A stretch of 64,000 bases of DNA from an uncultured Verrucomicrobiae bacterium (GTDB lineage Bacteria > Verrucomicrobiota > Verrucomicrobiia > Chthoniobacterales > UBA10450), in assembly GCA_963801815.1 (NCBI GenBank), contig CAWDGJ010000007.1:32001-96000 (forward strand). Reading direction: 5' to 3'. A program made the position numbers and the translations under genes. Positions within the stretch are counted from its first letter, which is position 1. Every line of letters starts with the position of its first letter. The notes beneath the pieces were generated by a model. It did not search any database and was not told the DNA's origin. It saw only the letters and a list, made by a program, of their open reading frames with translations. Of this stretch, positions 57,477 to 64,000 are shown one piece after another.

Positions 57477-58619
57477 CTAGGTCCGAGCCGGAAACGCCAG
57501 CTTATCGCCGGTGATCCGCACGTATTCTTCCATCAAATAGCGATCGGTCATTCCAGCGACGTAATCGCAGACAGTGCGATGCAATCCTTCCTGCTCGAGC
57601 CGGCGTGTTGCCAGATCGCCGAGCTGCTTTGGATTGGCGATGTAACTTTCGAAAACTTTCTTTAACATCTCGCACGCGCGGCGATTCACTTGCGCCACCC
57701 GCGGATGGTAATAAACATTCGCGTAAAGAAATTTCCGGAGCGCGCCGTTCGCTTTGCGCAGATCGTCGCTGTAATGAATCAGCTCTGCTGATTGCTTGCG
57801 CACGTCGTCGGAGTTTTTAGGATTCGCTTTTAAGATCGATGCCGAGCTCGCGGTCACCACGTCCTGGACCTGCACGTCGATAATGTTTCGAATGATTAGT
57901 TTGTGCAGCTCCGGCTCGCGCACGTCGGGATAATGCGATAGCACGTCGTGATGGCTGCGCTTCCAAACGTCGTTCTGGCTTAATTGCGCTGCGGTCAAAA
58001 TTTCAAAATCGACCGCATCGTCGAGATCGTGACTGTAATATGTGATCTCGTCCGCCAAATCGGCAATCTGCGCTTCGAGCGTTGGAAATCCGATTCCGTC
58101 TTCGTGCTTCCGCAATCCTTCGCGCACTTCGAACGTCAGATTCAGTCCCGGAAAATCCGGATACGCGTTCTCGAGCAGCTCGACCACGCGTAAACTTTGC
58201 TTGTTGTGCTCGAACCCGCCGTGATCGCGCATGCATTCGGCCAGAACTTCTTCGCCCGAATGTCCGAACGGCGTGTGGCCGAGATCGTGCGCCAGCGCGA
58301 TCGCTTCCGCCAGATCTTCGTTGAGCGCCAGCGCACGCGCAATTGTGCGGCTGATCGACGCGACCTCGATCGAATGCGTCAGCCGCGTCCGCAAATGGTC
58401 GCCGGTGCCGTTGAGAAAAACCTGGGTCTTGTATTCGAGCCGGCGGAACGCGCGCGAATGAATGATCCGCGCACGATCGCGCTGAAACTCGGTGCGGTAA
58501 GCGTGGCTTTGCTCCGGAAATTTTCGGCCACGCGATTCGCCGGACTTTTGCGCGAACGGCGCAAGCGTCGCGCGCTCGGTTGCCTCCATCTCGACGCGCG
58601 TTTTCCAGCCACCCTTCAC
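57477..58619 (-). CDS. dgt: dGTP triphosphohydrolase-like HD protein
   Basis: FQRDRARIIHSRAFRRLEYKTQV, RTRLTHS, AHDLGHTPFGH, YYSHDLDD, DYVAGMTD; GTG start overlaps the upstream stop. Confidence 0.92.
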   Translation of the reverse strand: MKGGWKTRVEMEATERATLAPFAQKSGESRGRKFPEQSHAYRTEFQRDRARIIHSRAFRRLEYKTQVFLNGTGDHLRTRLTHSIEVASISRTIARALALNEDLAEAIALAHDLGHTPFGHSGEEVLAECMRDHGGFEHNKQSLRVVELLENAYPDFPGLNLTFEVREGLRKHEDGIGFPTLEAQIADLADEITYYSHDLDDAVDFEILTAAQLSQNDVWKRSHHDVLSHYPDVREPELHKLIIRNIIDVQVQDVVTASSASILKANPKNSDDVRKQSAELIHYSDDLRKANGALRKFLYANVYYHPRVAQVNRRACEMLKKVFESYIANPKQLGDLATRRLEQEGLHRTVCDYVAGMTDRYLMEEYVRITGDKLAFPART

Positions 58620-58954
58620 TTGTTCCGTGATTTCGTTTCCAACTTCTCCTGCAACGCTCTCTGCGCGCGGCGCGCTTCCAATCGCATCATCAGCAAATCG
58701 AAAATCGCCAGTAGCATCGCTGTAAACGTCAGCCAGACGCAGGCGATCCAGAATAAAATCACAAACCACGGATGCTCTCGCGGATTCATCGTCGATTGGA
58801 AAACCGTGAATCCCGCCAACAGCATCAACAGGGCCAGCCCGAGCAGAACCACCATCGTTTTCCGGCGGGTCCGTTGATCGCGGATCACGCCGCGCGTCGC
58901 GTGTACGATGAACGACGCCGTCTCCAAGTGTTTTTCCTCAGGCAAATCTTCCAT
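58616..58954 (-). CDS. Small 2-TM membrane protein
   Basis: Two hydrophobic segments, WIAC..LAIFDLL; translationally coupled to dgt. Confidence 0.65.
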   Translation of the reverse strand: MEDLPEEKHLETASFIVHATRGVIRDQRTRRKTMVVLLGLALLMLLAGFTVFQSTMNPREHPWFVILFWIACVWLTFTAMLLAIFDLLMMRLEARRAQRALQEKLETKSRNK

Positions 58955-59185
58955 CAGCAGCGTTGGCACACTTCCTTTAAATTCCGAACAAAACAAATAC
59001 GCCAACTTTGCGGCGAAGCACTGAACGGTAGTGAATGCGCCTTGAGGATGCGGGCCTCAAGAAAGCCGGCAAAGTCAAAGCCTCCGGCCCTCACCGCTGG
59101 TGCCCGCAACGAAACCGCGCACTCGATGTTAACTTCGAGGCGAATCGGCTTCTCAGCGGCCCGTCGAACTGCTTTGATACCGGCA

Positions 59186-59659
59186 GTGAAAAAACCGAAA
59201 TCCAAACCGCCTACCGCGCGGAACAAGCCGGTGCCGAAGAAAGTCGAACGCAAAGTTTCCCAGCCAAAGGCGGCATTGCGCAGCGAAGCGTTCGCCCGCG
59301 CGCTGGCCGATGCCCAGACGCACTTCGACGATCCCGAACGTTTGCGTGAGCTCTTCGAGGAAGCGGCGCGAAAGGCCGCCGCCGTTCCAAAGGAGCCCTT
59401 CGATGATTCGTGGCCATACGTTCAAGCGATGCTGCGTTTGATTCGCGCCTATTTTCGCGGCGAATATCGCAACGTTTCGCAGGAAGGACTGTTGTGGATC
59501 GTCACCGCCATGAATTATTTCGTCGATCCGTTCGATCTCATTCCGGACGAAGTCCCGTTTCTCGGTTTTGTCGATGACGCCACAGTCATGTCATTCGCGG
59601 TGGCACGCACCCGCGGGACGCTCGACGACTTCATGACCTGGGAAATAAGCGCGTTTTGA
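59186..59659 (+). CDS. YkvA/DUF1232 family protein
   Basis: YFVDPFDLIPDEVPFLGFVDD; start uncertain. Confidence 0.85.
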   Translation: MKKPKSKPPTARNKPVPKKVERKVSQPKAALRSEAFARALADAQTHFDDPERLRELFEEAARKAAAVPKEPFDDSWPYVQAMLRLIRAYFRGEYRNVSQEGLLWIVTAMNYFVDPFDLIPDEVPFLGFVDDATVMSFAVARTRGTLDDFMTWEISAF

Positions 59660-59694
59660 CTCCACCGATTGCCTGGGAATAATTTGGGACAGTC

Positions 59695-60132
59695 GTGAAA
59701 CGGAAACGAAAGGCGTGGCCAACGGATCCAAGGCGTAATCGCTTTTTCGCTGCAGTGCTGAATCGGGCGAAATGGTTCGCGAAAAATCCAAAGGCATTGC
59801 GCGAGTTGTTTCAAAAAGCAGCGCGCAAAACCGAGTCGATTCCGAAGGCGCCATTTGCGGACATGTGGGGCCAACTCCAAGCGATGTTGCGCTTGATCCG
59901 CGCCTATTATCACGGGCAGTACCGGGACGTTAAAATCGCAAACCTTGTCTTGATCATCAGCGCGATAATTTACGTGCTCGATCCGTGGGATTTGATTCCA
60001 GATTGGATTCCCGGACTCGGTTTTGTCGACGACGCGACAGTTCTGGCCTTTGCCATTCAGAAAACCCGCGAGACGCTCGACGATTTCACGACCTGGGAAA
60101 CGAGTGCGCCGCAAGGCGCCGATGTTGGGTAG
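59695..60132 (+). CDS. YkvA/DUF1232 family protein (tandem paralog)
   Basis: YVLDPWDLIPDWIPGLGFVDD. Confidence 0.85.
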   Translation: MKRKRKAWPTDPRRNRFFAAVLNRAKWFAKNPKALRELFQKAARKTESIPKAPFADMWGQLQAMLRLIRAYYHGQYRDVKIANLVLIISAIIYVLDPWDLIPDWIPGLGFVDDATVLAFAIQKTRETLDDFTTWETSAPQGADVG

Positions 60133-60187
60133 CGCACGCTTCGCACGCGGCGTTTCAACCTGCAACACTCAAGAGACGCGCGCTACC
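60128..60187. repeat. GTAG-type REP-like element supplying the ykvA stop codon
   Basis: ggtagcgcacg...cgcgcgctacc terminal inverted repeat. Confidence 0.6.
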
Positions 60188-60198
60188 AAACATATTAG

Positions 60199-61512
60199 CT
60201 AAACCAATAGCAAAGCGGGGTTTTCGAGAAGGTGGCGGAGTTCTTTCAAATACTCGGCGCCGAGCGCGCCATCGATCACGCGGTGATCGCAGCTCATGGT
60301 GATCGACATTCGCTGGCCGACGACGATTTGATCGGAATCGTCGACCACTGGCACTTTGTTTACCTTGCCGACGGCGAGAATGAATCCCTGCGGCGGATTG
60401 ATTACTGCGCTGAACGAGTCGATCCCCATTCCGCCGAGATTCGAAACGGTAAATGAGCCGCCGTGAAATTCCTCCGGTTTCATTCGCTTGTTGCGCGCGC
60501 GATTGGCCAGATCTTTTACCGCTTCGCTGATTTCGCGAAGCGATTTGTTTTGCGCGCCGCGAATCACCGGGGTGAGCAATCCATCGTCAATCGCGACCGC
60601 GACTCCAAGATCGACATCGGCGTACTGAACAATCGCGTCGCCATCGAATGACGCGTTCACCCGCGGAACTTTGACCGCCGCCATGACGGCTGCTTTCAAA
60701 ACGAAATCGTTCACCGTGATTTTGGCGGCGTCGCTTTGTTCGCCGGCCGATTTCAACTCTTCGCGTGCCGCCATCAACGGCGCGGCGTTGATCTCGATCG
60801 TGAGATAAAAATGCGGAACCGGTCCGAGGCTTTGCACAAGGCGTTCGGCGATGCCTTTGCGCATTCCGGAAAGCTGAATTCGCGAGCTCCCTTTCTGTGG
60901 CGCCGGCCTTCCTGCCTGCTCTTTCTTTGCAGGCGAGACGCCCGCCTCCACAGATTTAGTTTTCGATGCCCCGCGAACGTCTGATTCGGTAACGCGACCT
61001 TCCGGACCTGTTCCGTCGAACGCTCGAAAGATCGACACCAAGCTCAGCGGCAACGCGCCGCGCGACCGGCGAGGCTTTCACACGTGCTTCATCGTGTAGT
61101 GGCGGCCGTCCCGGCCGCTCCTCTGCAGCTTCTACAGTGGCTTTCTTTGCCTGAGGCGGGGCGGTTTCTTTTCCCTTCGCTTTCGCCGGTGCGGGTTTTT
61201 CAGTCTCAGTCTGCGGTTTCTCTTCCTTTTTCTGTTCCCTTTTCGGTTTCTCTTCTTTCTTGGGCGCTTCTTCGCCTTCGCTCGCCAATGAACGCGATCT
61301 TGTCGCCAACATTTACCTTCTCCGCCTTCTTTGACGTAGATCTCGGTCAGCGTGCCGTCCTCGGGCGACTCCCATTCCATCGTCGCCTTGTCCGTTTCGA
61401 TCTCGGCGATGACTTCACCGGCCGAAACTTTGTCGCCCTTCTTCTTTTTCCACGACACGAGCGTTCCCTCGATCATCGTGTCGCTCAGTTTGGGCATTTG
61501 AATCTCAGGCAT
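60199..61512 (-). CDS. pdhC: Pyruvate dehydrogenase E2 dihydrolipoamide acetyltransferase (three +1 frameshifts near 61323, 61284, 61020)
   Basis: Lipoyl domain EIETDKAT, PSBD ASPVARRVA..GTGPEGRV, catalytic DHRVIDGA. Confidence 0.92.
60895..60953. repeat. REP-like palindrome in frame within the pdhC linker
   Basis: ctgtggcgccggccttcctgcctgc / gcaggcgagacgcccgcctccacag imperfect inverted repeat; encodes VEAGVSPAKKEQAGRPAPQ. Confidence 0.65.
61095..61136. repeat. Second REP-like palindrome (TGTAG..CTACA) within a pdhC linker
   Basis: tgtag-tg-gcggccg-tcc-cggccgc...ctaca; encodes VEAAEERPGRPPLH. Confidence 0.55.
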
Positions 61513-61520
61513 ATCAAGCA

Positions 61521-61548
61521 GTGACGGGTGATACGTGACGAGCGATCG
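61521..61548. repeat. Heptamer array (GTGA-NNN x4) in the pdhB-pdhC spacer
   Basis: gtgacgg gtgatac gtgacga gcgatcg. Confidence 0.6.
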
Positions 61549-61557
61549 GAGAAAAAC

Positions 61558-62542
61558 TCATGCGTAGCAGACTTTCTTCACCGCGGAGATCAGCTTGTCG
61601 GCGTTCGGCAGAACGAATTTTTCGAGGTTCTCGTTGTAAGGCATCGGCACGTCCTCTTGAGAAACGCGCATGATCGGCGCGTCGAGCTCATCAAAAATAT
61701 TTTTCTGGATCCGATAACAAACTTCCGCGCCGACGCCACAGAAGGGACGGTCCTGTTCGACAATCACTACCCGATGCGTTTTGGCGACTGATTTGTAAAT
61801 CGCCTGCTCGTCCAGCGGTTTGATCGAGCGGAGATCGACAATCTCAGCGGAAATGTCTTCCTCTTCGAGCTGCGCGGCCACGTTGAGCGCGAGCGGAACC
61901 GTTTGCGCGTAACAAATGATCGAGACATCGCTGCCTTCGCGTTTCACTTCGGCCTGGCCGAGCGGAATCAAGAGTTCCTCGTCGGGCGGTTCGACCATTC
62001 CTTTCGAGCTGTAGAGAAGCTCGGCTTCGAGAACGAGCACGGGATTATCGTCGCGCACCGCGGTTTTTAGCAATCCTTTGGCATCGCGCGGTGTCGCCGG
62101 GGTGCAAACTTTCAGACCCGGGCACGCTCGCGTAAAAGTTTTCGGTGGCGTGCGAATGCGTGGCGGCGAGCTGATGAGCCGGCCCGTTCGGCCCGCGAAA
62201 AGTGATCGGAATATTGAATTGGCCGCCTGACATCATGAACATGTTGGGTGCGTTGTTGACGACCTGATCGAACGCGACCAGTGAAAAACTCCAGGTCATG
62301 AATTCGATGATCGGTCGCAAGCCGGCCATGGCGGCGCCTACGCCGAGTCCGGCAAATCCGTTTTCGCTGATTGGCGTGTCGATGATTCGCTTCGGGCCAA
62401 AGCGTTCGAGCAAGCCCTGGCTGACTTTGTAAGCGCCTTGATACTCCGCGACTTCCTCGCCCATGAGGAAAACGTTCGGGTCACGCTCAAGCTCCTCGGC
62501 CAGCGCTTCATTCAGCGCCTGGCGATAAGTAATTTCCCTCAC
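61558..62542 (-). CDS. pdhB: Pyruvate dehydrogenase E1 beta (+1 frameshift near 62118)
   Basis: [32 protein letters not shown] across the shift, [10 protein letters not shown]. Confidence 0.93.
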
Positions 62543-63516
62543 GGTTTTTCTCCCTCGAAATAGGCGTACTTGTAAACGTCTTCGACCGACAGCTCCGGAC
62601 TTTCCTCGGCGAACTTCACCGAATCGAGGGCGGCCTGCTTCGCCTGTCTGTCGAGCTCGTCGAATTGCTCGTTCGTGAGCTTGCCTTCACGGGTGAGCTG
62701 CGCTCGCAGACGAATGATGGGATCGTCAAGCCGATATTTCTCCAACTCCTCCTTGGTCCGATAACTAGCGGGGTCGGACATCGAGTGGCCGCGATATCGA
62801 TACGTCCGGACTTCAAGGAAGGCCGGATGCGGATCTTTGCGAATTGACGTCGCGACTTCCGCGATCTTGTCGCGCACTTCGCGAAAGTTCATTCCATCAA
62901 CGATGTCGGCCGGAATGTCATAGCCTTCGGCCCGATCAACGATTTGTTTCAACGATGTCGATCTTTTCACCGACGTGCCCATGGCAAAGAGATTGTTTTC
63001 GCAAATCAAGATGACCGGGAGCTTATAAAGCGCGATCAGATTCAGTGCTTCGTGAAACGCTCCCTGGTTAATCGCGCCATCGCCAAAGAAGCAAAGTGTG
63101 ACCCGATCTTCGCTGCGATATTTCGATGCAAACGCCAGGCCGGCCGCCAGTGGCACGTGCGCGCCAACGATCGCATGCCCGCCGTACATATGCCGCTGCT
63201 TGTCGAAAAAATGCATCGAGCCACCGAGCCCTTGCGAGCAGCCCGTCGCTTTTCCAAAAAGTTCCGCCATACAGGCGTTGGCACTCGTCCCGCGCCCGAG
63301 CGCGTGGCCATGGTCGCGATAAGCCGTGATGATGTAATCGTCATCGCGCACCGCAGCAATGGCGCCGACCACGACAGCTTCCTGTCCGATATAGAGATGG
63401 CAGAAGCCGCCGATTTTCTGCGACTGATACTGCTGGCTCGCCCGTTCTTCGAAACGACGAATCAACAGCATCATCGCGAGCATCTCGACCTCGTCGCGTT
63501 GCTCGGACGGCTGCAT
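62539..63516 (-). CDS. pdhA: Pyruvate dehydrogenase E1 alpha
   Basis: [14 protein letters not shown] motif [19 protein letters not shown]. Confidence 0.96.
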   Translation of the reverse strand: MQPSEQRDEVEMLAMMLLIRRFEERASQQYQSQKIGGFCHLYIGQEAVVVGAIAAVRDDDYIITAYRDHGHALGRGTSANACMAELFGKATGCSQGLGGSMHFFDKQRHMYGGHAIVGAHVPLAAGLAFASKYRSEDRVTLCFFGDGAINQGAFHEALNLIALYKLPVILICENNLFAMGTSVKRSTSLKQIVDRAEGYDIPADIVDGMNFREVRDKIAEVATSIRKDPHPAFLEVRTYRYRGHSMSDPASYRTKEELEKYRLDDPIIRLRAQLTREGKLTNEQFDELDRQAKQAALDSVKFAEESPELSVEDVYKYAYFEGEKP

Positions 63517-63522
63517 CGAATC

Positions 63523-64000
63523 TTATGCGACTCGAGGCAGGGCAGCTCCAGCGCGAGCCCGGCTGGTATTTCGCCCAAAGTTCATGCACACGACAAAAAG
63601 CAGCGTGAAAAAGAAGTCGCTCAAGATGGTGTTACGGAAAAACATCCACGCAGGCGTGGAGCTGTATGCCGCCAGTCCAACGGTTTGCGCCTGAATTAAT
63701 CCGGCAAAGTCTTTCGTGTAACCCGGATCGCTCATCCATGAGAAGGTATTCACGACCAGGTAGAAAATTACCGATCCAAGGATTGAAGCAGGGAGCAGGG
63801 TCTTAAGCGATGCGCGATCTTGAATGGCGAATCCGATCAGCGCGATGAGTAAGAGAGCTACGTAGTGCCCGATCATCTGCGCCTGAAGCAACGGCGCTCC
63901 GTAAACATAATTCAAGACCAGGTCGGAAACGAAGAGCGCGCCGAGCGGAACCGTGAATTTGAATTTCGGCGGAAAGTAAGCCGCGCCACAAAGCGCGATT
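63523..64000 (-). CDS. DUF6580/BtuM-like S-component-type membrane protein (5' truncated by window edge)
   Basis: PLGALFVSDL, GSVIFYLVVN.FSW, Y..DFAGL, FFRNTILSD.FF. Confidence 0.65.
   Translation of the reverse strand, partial: IALCGAAYFPPKFKFTVPLGALFVSDLVLNYVYGAPLLQAQMIGHYVALLLIALIGFAIQDRASLKTLLPASILGSVIFYLVVNTFSWMSDPGYTKDFAGLIQAQTVGLAAYSSTPAWMFFRNTILSDFFFTLLFVVCMNFGRNTSRARAGAALPRVA

Noticed and set aside
1..64000. CRISPR array, prophage, intact IS or rRNA
   Set aside because: I saw no spaced direct repeats, cas, phage, transposase or rRNA signatures

Overview
This window is core chromosome from a soil Verrucomicrobiota bacterium, most likely Spartobacteria/Chthoniobacterales. That assignment is inferred from gene content, a TGTTC-N4-GAACA LexA box and the style of the repeats. 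It holds about 54 CDS and one tRNA-Tyr; I saw no CRISPR array, integrase or intact transposase. In order: SOS-boxed imuA plus short imuB; exbB-exbD-TPR operon; glgE; SufR-like regulator; ygfZ; glutaminyl-cyclase-like M28 lipoprotein; parB; mqnD; DegT aminotransferase; tRNA-Tyr; RRM protein; a KS/CLF-like ketosynthase pair; lptD; ugd; rsmB; aminopeptidase; a 1111-aa TPR membrane protein; coaX; hemB; MmcB-like nuclease; gpmI; a catalytically dead alkaline phosphatase; a sigma54-preceded LapG-like protease; an ~18 kb GT-C/TMTC-like glycosylation locus around a TonB-dependent receptor; ribE; aroD; dgt; ykvA x2; pdhABC; a BtuM/DUF6580-like gene. Several genes (glgE, regulator, ygfZ, lptD, TBDR, pdhB, pdhC) carry single-base frameshifts that look like consensus errors rather than true pseudogenes. 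The most interesting signals are: (1) a heptamer-array-flanked four-helix-bundle cassette remnant inside the exbBD operon, plus solo heptamer arrays at other gene junctions and in-frame in mqnD; (2) REP-like palindromes translated as the linkers of PdhC; (3) a TMTC-like/GT-C protein glycosylation locus; (4) a possible pyroglutamate Q-rule system; (5) an orphan KS/CLF pair and a pseudo-phosphatase.
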